From Nemertoderma westbladi (taxonomy: Eukaryota; Animalia; Xenacoelomorpha), in contig JAUCBJ010007601.1 in assembly GCA_032718475.1 (NCBI GenBank), forward strand, positions 37,773-101,772: a stretch of DNA of 64,000 nt, written 5' to 3'. Positions within the stretch are counted from its first letter, which is position 1; each line of letters opens with the position of its first letter. The notes below the pieces were generated by a model that searched no databases, was not told the origin of the DNA, and saw only the letters and a list, made by a program, of their open reading frames with translations. Made by a program: the position numbers and the translations under genes. Below, piece by piece: positions 51,601 to 62,235 of the stretch.

Positions 51601-54600
51601 CACCTGGGTAGGAACTGTTAATTTCTGGGTTGGTTGACCGACTGGCCTGTAATACATCCTAGTGGTATGAACGATACGTATATATATTATTGCAATAGTG
51701 TTACAGAAAATTATCAAATGATAATTTTCAACATTATCTCGTTTGATATCATTTATTACTTACCATCGTCAACCAGAAGGTGGATCTAAGTTGTTGCATT
51801 CGCTCTTCCACACTAATTATTTGAAGTAAATAAAGAGTAATATAGACTGGAACAGCTGTAAGATGGCTCCTTACAGGTCGAACGTGTTTGCTGTAAGATA
51901 ATATAACATCAGTAAGATGGTTCCTTAAACTCTTCGCGTTCTTTAGATTCAAACGCGGAAATTATACGGAGATACGGTATGTCATAGTAAAGGTACATAT
52001 TTATTATTAAATTCAGTAATAAGTTCCCTGCGGAAAATTAAGTTAATTTTAAAACAAAGAATAAAAACATATTTTCATTATTTTGTAAAAATTAATTCAA
52101 ATTAAAGTTAAAAGAAAATATAAATAACATATTGTTAGAAGTATTTCATTACCTGTAATGGGAATTAGGGCCTAACAGCTGAAACTCCAACGTTTTCTCA
52201 TTGACCTCCTGAGGGTAATAGTTGTACGGATCCTGTGTCGATCTACAGTCACAGTAATCCCGTTGACGTTTGGAACGCTGCAATGAAACTCCTGAAATAA
52301 ACATTAAATATTGCATATAAATTATGTTAAATTATATTAAGTCACCGACCGCACTAACAATTAATATATATTACATGTACTTAGTGAAGAATCTTTTAAT
52401 TTCTGAAAGCCTAAATGTTTAGTAGATTGAAAATGCTGCTGTTGCAACTAGAGTGCAGCAGTTCTGTAGCTCTCAACTCTCTCTTGTATGTAGCTCTCAA
52501 CAGCGATCCATATGCGCACGCACATGTACGACATGCAAATGGCCTTTCGTCAGATTTGTCAACACTAGCCCTGATAGTATGTAATTGGCTGATCTCCAAC
52601 AACCTTCTTATGGATATAGAGCAGCTACATAATGAGGTTTTGTTTAGGTTGATATATGCTTCATAGCGTATAGCAGCTATCATACGGTGGATTCGGTGGA
52701 TATCATTAGGTGGATTCTGTGACCTTCTTTTTGAATGGGGAAGCACGGTTTTACTAATTACCTTTAGTGACTAATTGATCTGAATGTGCATCTCCATAGC
52801 AGCCACTGTATGTGTATCTATGGATTTGATATCACTGTAGAACAACTTACCAGCTTCTGAAAAGGCAGGATTATAATTGATATAGAACACACCCGAATCG
52901 CAATTACCATTTTGTTCAAGCAGCAGCTAGGTCTAGTGGTGACATTCCTGGAGTTCCAATTAGGAAGCCCTGCCTGGTTCTATCCTTAGATGGGGCAGCA
53001 CTATTTAGGCGCAGTGCTTTAAGTGCTGCAGTCTAGACCAACCTCGGCTTTCATCCTTCAGAGGTCGATAAATGGGAACCAAGACAACTTGGGAAAGAGG
53101 GTGGAAGGGTTTACTGTGGAAGATCACCCATGGTGGTGAACAGGCATTCATTCCTTGGCTTAACGAGCCTAAAAGATTCTCCCATTCATAATATCATTTT
53201 TGTATCCTTATGGGTTTCCTTCTTTAAAAGAGCAAATGTCATCACTGCCAATAGAAATATTCCAAGGAAGTAGGACTGCGCTCGATGGGAATCGTAAAAG
53301 AGAATACCGTAGCGTGTGGTTCGCGAGTTGAGTAGTGGGTGGGCGGATACCGAGACATTGCTAGCTAAAACACAACCGGTCACAAAGACAAGAGACTGAA
53401 GCAATTTACTGCTGAAATTCGACGGGAGTTAATTGGCCGAGTTAACGGGCTTTGCTTGATCCCAACGGTTGTGCGGCCGTTCATCTACTCGTGATGTACT
53501 GAGTCGGTCCCAGGTGGCTGCTTCAGGTTTACATACCTCCATCTCTCTAATTCCGCACTCTCTGTGCTTAACTGCTTGCCCGCTTTTCGATAAATTGATT
53601 TTACAATCTCCTTTACCGTTTCGGTTTAGAACCACTGAAAATTAATGTGTTAAAAGCCGAGAAAGTTGCGAGTGAGAGAGCTTCAAAGGTCAATAAAACA
53701 GGATGGAAATGTATTGGAACACTTTGAATTTTAATTTTGATTACACGAGGCCCAAGTTGTTGTTGTACTGTAGGACTTATTGTTTTGATTATAACACGAC
53801 GTGTTGTTTAAAGTTCTTTATGGTGTTGGTAAGATATTCCTACTGTATCAAAACAAACCGCGATGTTTACGACACAAAATATCTAATGAGATCGCATGTG
53901 TTATTTTTCACATTTTTACAGTCGCATTTCAACTTCGATTAATAAAATATAGTGTATATTACGATTTCACAGCAATGTGTTGTGTAGTACTATTTGACAT
54001 CTTTATGGCCGAGTGTGTTTGATTCCTGAGCGGTGCGCTGCAATAAAGAGAAAACGAGATTAGTAAACTGATTACCGTAGCCGTAATGATAATATTGAAT
54101 ATCATAATATAAATTAACTTTATTGTATATTCAGCACCCCCAACTTTAAAGCTTTAATATAAAGAAGTTATAAAGCTACTTCATAAAACAAATATCAGAA
54201 AGAAAATGGCTCGAATAAGTTAAAATATAAAAAGATAAAACAAATGAAGGACTGTCAGCCACAGGTATGTGATATGGTATTTGAATTTTACTGTATATGT
54301 GCGTTCTATTTTTTGTATACTGTATAGTATATACTGCTAGGCCTATATACCGGTAACTTTGCTGTCCAGTGCCCAATAATTAAAATTTAGCATTGATAAA
54401 GATAGCCATTGGCTTTCGAAACGTCTGCTAGGCCTAACTACCTACTATTGTTTCATACCTGTGGCTGACAGTCCTTCATTTGTTTTATCTTTTAATATTT
54501 ACTCGCCACATTCCCCACCATGATTTTTAAGTTAAAATATAGTTAATTATCACTTTATTTAGTTATATTAAATATTGTATATTTTACAAAGCTTTGCTAT

Positions 54601-57600
54601 ACCATGTAATATTATGGTTTTGTTCAGAAATTGAAAAAATGAGAAAGCGCGTCACCGGGGGTTGAACCAGCGCTTTACGTACGTTTCAGCCTATCAGGCC
54701 TCATCAGTAGCGCTAACCAGTGATTGATTGATTGATTGATTGATTCGTTTTAATTCCTGTACAAAACATGTAAAAAGGAAATCATTTGTCAAATCAGTTC
54801 AGCCACTATTACGTAGCCCTACATGTTTTACATAGCTTTGCTATACCATCAGCTTTACGTAGCCCTTAATGCCGGAACATTGTGCTGGCTTCTTTCAATT
54901 CACAATCGTAATGGTTCAATGCGGCTTGGATTGAGAAAGCTGTGCCGGCTTATCGACAAAATTGCGCTGCCACTACCCTTTATCCTCCATTACTTTCGCG
55001 AAATTATCCGCATCTTCAAGGCCATGTCTGGACAGGTGCCGATTTAGGTGCCGATATAGGTACTCAGGTTTCTCTCTGCATGTTTATCTCACTATGTGTC
55101 TTACCCTGCTGTGACGTCACTCCATACTGTTCTGTTATTCTAACATTACGGAAGATTAACCCCATCAGCATGATACGTCAACAAAATATTTTATACCGTA
55201 CATGAAGTCACCTTTGTAATAGGGAACACATGTGGCATAAAAAAATCCTGCTGTCAATAATTAACACAAATCATATATTTAATTCGCCCAATAATCCTTG
55301 CCGTATATTTTGGAATAGTGTCAGAGTGTTATTATTAACTACCGGTCACATAAAAATAATTATTAATTTTCATCAGCATCAGCATCAGCATCCATTCAGA
55401 ATACTAAAGCGAACGAATACAAAACATGGAGTCTAAACAATTACCCATTTATATCCTCATCATATGTCAGTCAAAAATATTTTGAATTCATATCATTAAA
55501 TTCTACGGCAGACCTTAGAATAGTGCCGATGGGGTTAATCTGCCGTAAATCTTTTAGAATTTGATTTTTCTAAAAATATCAGAACAGTATAGAGTAGTTG
55601 ATGTCACAGCATGGTAAGGAGAGCATGGCACAGAGTGAGAGAAACATACAAAGAGAAACATGAAAACCTGCGTCGGCACCTGTGTCCGAACCTATGTCGG
55701 CACCTGTGTCGGCACCTGTGTGTCGGCACATTTGTCGTCAGCACATATATCTGCAAATGTGTCGGCACCTATGTCTACACCTATGTCGGCACCTGTCTCG
55801 TCGCTATACGTCGGCACCTATGTCGGTACCTGTGTGTTGGCACCTGTGTCGGCACATTTATCGTCAGCACCTATGTCGACACCTGTCTCGTCACTTACGT
55901 CAGCACCTATGTCGGCAACTGTGTCGGCACCTGTCTCTCGTCACTTACGTCGGCACCTATGTAGGTACCTGTGTCGGCACCTGTGTGTTGGCACCTGTGT
56001 CGGCACATTTGTCGTCAGCACCTATGTCGACACCTGTGTCGACACCTGTCTCGTCAATTACGTCAGCACCTATGTCGGCACCTGTGTCGGCACTTGTCTC
56101 GTCACTTACGTCAGCACATATGTCGGCATCTGTGTCGGCACCTGTCTCGTCGCTATACGTCGGCACCTATGTCGGTACCTGTGTCGGCACCTGTGTGTTG
56201 GCACCTGTGTCGGCACATTTATCGTCAGCACCTATGTCGACACCTGTCTCGTCACTTACGTCAGCACCTATGTCGGCAACTGTGTCGGCACCTGTCTCGT
56301 CACTTACGTCGGCACCTATGTAAGCACCTGTGTCGGCACCTGTCACGTCACTTACATCGGCACCTGTGTAGGAACCTGTGTCGGCATCTGTGTCGGCACC
56401 TATGCCGGCACCTGTGTCGGCACCTGTCTCGTCACTTACGTCAGCACCTATGTAGGCACCTATGTCGGCATCTGTGTCGGCACCTATGTCGGCACCTGTC
56501 TCGTCACTTACGTCAGCACCTATGTAGGCACCTGTGTCGGCACCTGTGTCGGCACCTGTCTCGTCACTTACGTCAACACCTATGTCGGCACCTGTCTCGT
56601 CACTTACGTCGGCACCTATGTAGGCACCTGTGTCGACATCAGTGTCGGCACCTATGTCGGCACCTGTGTCGGCACATTTGTCGTCAGCACCTATGTCGGC
56701 ACCTGTGCCGGCACCTGTGTCGGCACCTGTCTCGTCACTTACATCAGCACCTATGTCGGCACCTGTGTCGGCACCTGTCTCGTCACTTACGTCGGCACCT
56801 ATGTAGGCACCTGTGTCGGCATCTGTGTCGGCACATTTGTCGTCAGCACCTATGCCGGCACTTGTGTCGGCACCTATGTCAGCACATGCCGTGTCTGTCT
56901 TATGCTATGTCTTAATATAGTTAAAACAATCCGGGATGCTCTCGACAATAAAGACTACACATCAGTTATATACAATACATAGACCTCAGGAAAGCATTTG
57001 ACTCCTTAGACCACTCCATTCTTCTTAAAAAACTTAACTGTTATGGTATTTGCGGCACTCCTCACCATCTTCTCTCTGACTATCTTACAAACCGCTCTCA
57101 ATTTGTTTCTCTTGGAAATGTCAACTGCGTCAACAGATCTATTCCATGTGGTATTCCCCAAGGCTCCGTCCATGTCAATGATCTTCCCAACTGCAGCTCC
57201 TTTCTCACAACTCTATTCGCCGACGACACCTCTTTAGTGCACCGTTCTGGTGCATCTTCACAATTAATTCCAACCGTTAATTTACATCTTGCCAAGGTGT
57301 CAGATTGGCTTATCGATAACAGACTCTCTCAATCAACACTAAGAAAACTGAGTTTACTATGTTTTCCAATACTTTAAACTTTGACTCATCCAACTCTTCC
57401 ATCATCATTAACGGCAAACGAATTGCGGAAACGTATTCTTCTAAATATCTAGGACTTCATATTTATAAGAAATTATCGTTTCGCTTACATATAAATAGTA
57501 TGCTCGAAAAATTTCAAAATCAGGAGGTCCGGGGTTCTATAAGCTGCGAAATATAAATAATGCGCTCATTATTTTTAACAGTGATATATCCTTATGTTTA

Positions 57601-59226
57601 TTATGTTTGTTCACCATGGTTGGTTGCAGTTTGATATAGTAAACGAAAGATGCAAATAAATAAATCAAAATAAATCAATCATGTCTCGTCACTTACGTCG
57701 GCACCTATGTCGGCACCTGTGTCGGCACATGTGTCAGCACTTATTTCGGCACCAGTTTCGGCACCTGTGTCGGCACCTATGTCGGCACCTACCTCGTGAC
57801 TTACGTCGGCATCTATGTCAGCACCTGTGTCGGCACCTATGTCCGTATCTCTCGCACCTATGTCGACACTTGTCTTGTTTTAGCACTTGTATGTCAGTAC
57901 TTCTGTCGGCACCTCTAACGGAACTTGTGTCGTCTCATCCCCCATCCACGCCCCCATCCACCATGTTATCCTTTCAATGATGCTGCTGCCAAAGCACACG
58001 ATGATGCACTGGCTGGTCCTCATGGCGAAAACAATGTCCTGCAAAGCGGAGGCGGTTCCGTTCAAGTGTAAAGCTTGGGGGAACCAATGAGACACCAACA
58101 ATGTTATATAGAGTCTGGTTGGAGATCTGTGCATTCTACTTCACACCATGAACCCGACGTAGCATTCGTGTGAATGTGCCATCCGGAGATTTGGGTCATC
58201 AGTAGTTAGAGCCCAGCATAGACTCCCACAAGAGTACTGGTATTACTGCTGCCATAAATAATCCAACCTTAAGGTTCCGTTTTATTCTATGTGACTTCAA
58301 AATCCTGGACAGACTATTCAATTCTACCCATGCCTTCCCCTTACGTATCCGAAGGTATTCAATTGACTTCTGGATCCCTGATCCCAAGCAGCAGAAGATA
58401 TCCCCTATGGCATCCCTGGAGCTTACGCCCTTACGATCAGACATTTCCTGAGAGCTGTCACAGTTCACTGTTTAAATTTTGGTCTTCCTGGAGTTTACAG
58501 AAAGGACCAACACTAGAAGCAACCTGCTCCAATGAGAAGAGGAGCCTTTGGGCTCCCTCTAGTGATTCTGTGAGTACTCCTGAGTCACCAACAAAGTCTA
58601 AATCATTTAGGTACTTGGCTGGAATTTTTCTCGATTTCGGGGGCTAGTACGTGTACCCTATCTTCATTATGAAACAAAACAAAAAAAAATGAACTAAAAT
58701 AAAATTAAACAATTGAAGTTAAATAAAAGTGTATTCAACTAAAATTAACAGTTTAATAAGAAAATAATAATTTAATAATAAAATAATAATTGAATAATAA
58801 AATAATAATTGAATAATAAAATAATAATTGAATAATAAAATAATAATTTAATAAGAAAATAATAATTGAATAATAAAATAATAATTGAATAATAAAATAA
58901 TAATTGAATAATAAAATAATAATTTAATAATATATTCATAAAATATATTTTATTTTTATTTTTAAATATGGTTATAACTAAATAAATATATATATATATA
59001 TTGGTTTAATCAAATTAATTGATATATTTAGATTGCTCGATAAAACAATATTAATAATAAAATATTAATTTAATAATAACACATATCCATTTCATCATAT
59101 CGTTTAACCTACAGAGTAACGTAATGTTTGAAGTTTCTAATAAATATATTATCACATACCGCAGTTACCACCAAGACATTCGAAGCATAATACAAGCAAC
59201 ATAGGTTGGTAGAAATACCGAAACAT
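42095..59226 (-). CDS. Divergent nicotinic acetylcholine receptor-like (non-alpha) Cys-loop ligand-gated ion channel subunit, spliced, about 621 aa in the best model
   Basis: Phase-compatible GT-AG exons: 59226-59160, 52291-52153, 52027-51997, 51940-51764, 50348-50239, 49922-49670, 49373-49140, 43792-43669, 43248-43064, 42640-42095 (sum 1866 nt). Motifs VRPV, WTDEYLMWD, IWQPDIILYN, Cys-loop CEIDVRNFPFDKQVC and M1-M4. The first three exons are tentative. Confidence 0.85.
43064..43248 (-). CDS. Receptor exon: M3 and start of cytoplasmic loop
   Basis: GMYYGGNILLITVATAFNVLVY...PVPYCIRLVFLHYL with AG/GT borders. Confidence 0.9.
43669..43792 (-). CDS. Receptor exon: M1-M2 linker and pore helix M2
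   Basis: FLPCTAGPAKVQLVVSLFMSMAVFLLLIGQMMPASESVPLLG, with ttcag acceptor and gttag donor. Confidence 0.92.
45256..45872. mobile_element. MITE/HINE-like element inserted in the LINE RT
   Basis: Imperfect inverted repeats of about 54 bp (CACGTAGTCGGC...GGGCATGTC), a (CAGA/CGGA)n microsatellite and ACA duplicated at the junctions. Removing it restores the LINE frame (GIGLLYFDTEAQV). Confidence 0.8.
46061..46321 (-). mobile_element. tRNA-derived SINE inserted in the LINE
   Basis: 15-bp TSD GCTATTGTTGATCTA, A box TAGCTCAGT, B box GGTTCGAGCCC and a (TTA)n tail. Confidence 0.88.
49140..49373 (-). CDS. Receptor exon: loop F, loop C and M1
   Basis: IDMSSYKESSAW...LHLRRKSGFYEFNLIVPCIFLTSV with AG/GT borders. 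Confidence 0.92.
49670..49922 (-). CDS. Receptor exon: Cys-loop and loop B
   Basis: C-X13-C loop with FPFD, followed by FSSWAY. Confidence 0.95.
50239..50348 (-). CDS. Receptor 110-nt exon (loop A), not in the ORF track
   Basis: VWTDEYLMWDKTKFKNISSFRMSAYQIWQPDIILYN, with ttttag acceptor and gtaagt donor. Confidence 0.93.
51100..51189. repeat. Short palindromic mini-MITE
   Basis: TATTGTTTACGTGGTAACCATGACGGC ... GCCGTCATTGGATACCACGTAAACAATA. Confidence 0.55.
51764..51940 (-). CDS. Receptor exon: N-terminal helix, beta1-beta2 (loop D)
   Basis: YSKHVRPV...LLQIISVEERMQQLRSTFWLTM with gtaagt donor. The acceptor position is uncertain. Confidence 0.85.
52153..52291 (-). CDS. Putative receptor exon 2 (N-terminal extension with RSKR)
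   Basis: Strong tttcag acceptor and AG/gtaatg donor around an open frame VSLQRSKRQRDYCDCRSTQDPYNYYPQEVNEKTLEFQLLGPNSHY. Confidence 0.55.
52921..53185 (+). mobile_element. Degenerate tRNA-headed SINE with Meta-type central domain
   Basis: GGTCTAGTGG A box, GGTTCTATCC B box and CTCGGCTTTCATCCTTCAGAGGTCGATAAATG core. Confidence 0.6.
54208..54510. mobile_element. Penelope-like element remnant (inverted pseudo-LTR arrangement)
   Basis: Inverted repeat of about 50 bp (AAAAGATAAAACAAATGAAGGACTGTCAGCCACAGGTATG and its complement) enclosing a minimal hammerhead motif. Confidence 0.6.
54388..54430 (+). ncRNA. Minimal type I hammerhead ribozyme variant (U3/A8), PLE-type
   Basis: TAGCA-TTGATAAA-GATAGCC ATT GGCTTTC-GAAACGTC-TGCTA: stem I TAGCA/TGCTA, stem II hairpin, palindromic ACGT stem III and GUC triplet. 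Confidence 0.65.
54667..54716 (-). ncRNA. Minimal type I hammerhead ribozyme motif
   Basis: Minus strand AGCGCTA-CTGATGA-GGCC TGATA GGCT-GAAAC GTAC GTA-AAGCGCT. Canonical core, with an A-A mismatch at the stem I closing pair. Confidence 0.72.
55033..55690. mobile_element. Degenerate inverted-repeat (foldback/MITE-like) element
   Basis: 55033-55170 is an imperfect reverse complement of 55523-55690 (e.g. TTACGGAAGATTAACCCCATC vs GATGGGGTTAATCTGCCGTAA). Confidence 0.6.
55670..57915. repeat. 12-bp GTCGGCACCT(A/G)T minisatellite with 24-bp variants, split by a LINE fragment
   Basis: Arrays at about 55670-56888 and 57681-57915. Confidence 0.93.
56895..57680 (+). mobile_element. 5'-truncated CR1/L2-group LINE RT fragment
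   Basis: DLRKAFDSLDHSILLKKLNCYGI, YLTNRSQFV, GIPQGS, LFADDT and KYLGL motifs, with an AATAAATAAATCAA tail. Confidence 0.85.
57950..58430 (-). mobile_element. Old RTE LINE 3' fragment
   Basis: IRKGKAWVELNSLSRI...LKVGLFMAAVIPVLLW aligns with VRKAKAWVALSKMDTIW...FFRATVESVFLY of the RTE at 44288. Confidence 0.65.
58755..58935. repeat. AT-rich 19-bp minisatellite
   Basis: AATAATAAAATAATAATT(G/T), about 9 copies. Confidence 0.85.
59160..59226 (-). CDS. Putative first coding exon (signal peptide)
   Basis: MFRYFYQPMLLVLCFECLGGNC-G, with a gtatgt donor in phase 1 that matches the next exon. Confidence 0.45.
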
Positions 59227-62018
59227 TTTTACTCAACGAGTGAAGTCTGTGATGATATAATCTACAATAAATAAAAAAAAACAATAGAATAACATAACTA
59301 TTTATTTGTTCTAACAGATAGTGACGTGGTGACGACAATAATTTGGTAATATTGTTGACCCTAAGCCATATGATCACAATATCTGTACCTAATCAATCTA
59401 CCTAAGCTATGCAATAATTCCGTCTACCAGCTTTTCACTTTTCAGTCGACATTTTATCGGAATTTTATATATAAAATTCCGATAAAGAATTTATTTGTAT
59501 ATTTTTTAGATTTCACATGATTAAGTGTTCTATCTCATAACCTGTGCTTATACTAATTCGTTTATTGTTTTAGTTAGATTCAGCCCTTCTGTAACCTGGG
59601 TTTTTAGTGACAACTTTGAATATTTCACATGGGGTTAAACTGCAAAGTGAAATATAACGGCAGAAAGTCTGGTATACTTCACATGCGCCCAATATTTTAT
59701 GTTAATAATATACAATAGTCTAACTTGCCTTTAACTAAACCTAACACATAACGCTCATAACACATAACACATAACGGTACAACAACTCGTGCGTTTGCTC
59801 CCGCCCTTAACGTGTTAAATACAAATATGGTAATTTCAACATTTTTAATTGTAATTATTTTAAACTCGATATTAAAATTAGTAAAATTGTAAATATGAAC
59901 GCTGAACAAAGAATGGACAAACAAATGACGGGATGAGAAAATACCAATGCTAAAGGCACTGACTGCAAATTTTCGAATAAAGAAAAATGATGTGTGTATT
60001 GTACCTATATATTCTTTTTCCAATTATTGAATCAATAACTTTTAAAATAAAAATTTCACCATAATGATAAAGCTTTGATAAAAAAATGGGAAATATGGAT
60101 TGGTTTAATTTTTAAAAATTGGAAATGGTTTCATCCATGGATTAGAATCAATAATTTTGTATTTGTAATTCATTCGCCTCATGGAACTACATGCAACTCC
60201 CCGGCAACGTAAGTTTGTCTCTCAGCAAAATGTAACTTCCCTCCACACCACTATACTATTATCGTACAGTCTTATTTACATTTAAGCGTAAGATCTCGTA
60301 GGGCTGACTCACTATGCACTGTACTTGCTATTGATTGATAGTTTTTCGCTCTCCGCCACGAATAGTTTGTCCGAATGCAAACCAAGTATGTTCTACAGTA
60401 ACAAAAATACCAGTTTACTACAGCAGTTCCTGGATTTGCATTAGGCAGCGACAAAGCTATATTTTTAATTGTCTACTACAGTACCACTAGGACGAGTGGG
60501 CGCGGACAGTGGATATGAGGTCCATCCCCTTTGTTTATTCCCCACAGTCCATTGTGTGGTGCGTAGTTATGGGTCACTATTATCTAAATATGAGGGCCTG
60601 TGCCTGAACAGTTTGATATATATTATTATTATTATTATTACATTGAATCAATTTAAAATTGACATAAATAAAAAGTGCACAGCACGAATATAACATACGA
60701 ATAAAACGAATAGACGAACAGCACTGTAAACATATTAATTGCGTGGGATTAGGTTGCTTAGATAAGTCAAAACAAGAACATGAATGTGGTACATAATTTG
60801 ATTAATTTAAATCGTTAGGGTCGGCTGTTAAAAACTGGACTTCAAATCGAAAGAATGGTATTTTTCGGTATCGTCCTAGTCAGCAGTTGTTTGCTACATT
60901 GTAATGATCGGAGATCAGGGCTGCCTTTATTTATTGCCGATGTAAATTAGTGCGGCCTCGAAAATGGGTTGTTTCACCAATGTACTCCTCAGTCCCCTGA
61001 CAAAAGCCACCACATATTAAAAAATATTAGTACATTCATACTTTCTTGTACTACAGTAGTATATTAGTACATTCATACTTTCTTGTCTACATCTGCCTCT
61101 GCAGTCACGATGCTGTGGTCCGATATTGTGACACTTAAATGTACTACTGTATGCTAAAGCTACCACTCAAAACCGAATACAAACCGAATAAGTCATGTTG
61201 TAGATCCACAATTTGCCCAAGTTGATTTCGACAAAACTAAAGCAATTTCATAATGAATCAATTTATTCGAGTGTCCAATCTTTTTGAAAGCTAAATTATC
61301 AGCATCACTATTCTGTTAGTGATGTGTTAGGCCTAAGGCCGAGGCACTTAAGTTAACAAGTGTCATCCCAGTCAAACATCTTTATTTCATATTTAACTCA
61401 TCCACTTGCAACACTTCATTTATGTAGTTGCGTGGTATTCCATTATTCAGAAGCTTTAAAGTAATTTCCCATGAGAAAACTTCCATCCCTATTAAAATAA
61501 AAGCAAAATATTACAGTATCACAAGAAGCAGGTATCACTGAATAAAGCTCCAAACACCAAGATGGTTTAATTCTTAAGCCCGAATGTCCACGAATCGAAC
61601 ACTTGGCATTTTGTTGTTAGGCAATAACGGCACTTACATACATACACGTACATGTCGTACGCGTTCCTGCCTAACAACTAAATGAAAAAAAAACGATAAA
61701 TCAGTTTTTATCACCCCGCTGTAAAATATGCAACTTCAGCCCGTAAAGTTTCACAAACAGTTGGCATTCAGGTTGTACGGCCAACTAAAATATCGAGCAT
61801 ATCATGAAAATATCTGGAGGCCAATCCGTTGCAAATGTTCAACAGCTTTCAGGACAAGGTGATTGATTTTGTGGTTAAATAATTTTTTTCGATACGAAGC
61901 AAGCAGGGGATAATACTAAATTAAAAATAAACTCATTCAAACACAAGAGGTAACAAGCTCACAGACCAACACACAACCCAAATCATATAGTTTAGCCTCA
62001 AACAAAGCAAAAAAAAAC

Positions 62019-62235
62019 AGTCGGCCGAAGTTGGAGGCGACCCGAAGGCTCCTCTTTCGATAGCTGCTACCCGAGGGTGGGGGTGGGCGCTCCTCCTATC
62101 CCGAGATTTGCTCCCAGTTATTTAACTGGTACTCATTTTATCGACCCCAGTGGATGAAAGGCTGAGTGGACCCTGGCGGGGCTGAACCTACAACCAATAG
62201 ATTGCAGGCCCGGCGCTCAACCAACTGAGTTTAGC
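62019..62235 (-). mobile_element. tRNA-headed SINE with Meta domain
   Basis: Minus strand: AACTCAGTTGG...GGTTCAGCCC head, then CTCAGCCTTTCATCCACTGGGGTCGATAAAATGAGTACC. Confidence 0.78.

Noticed and set aside
55611-56982. Long ORFs (440, 314, 213 aa) as Cys/His-rich proteins
   Set aside because: Artefacts of a stop-poor 12-bp minisatellite that is open in several frames.
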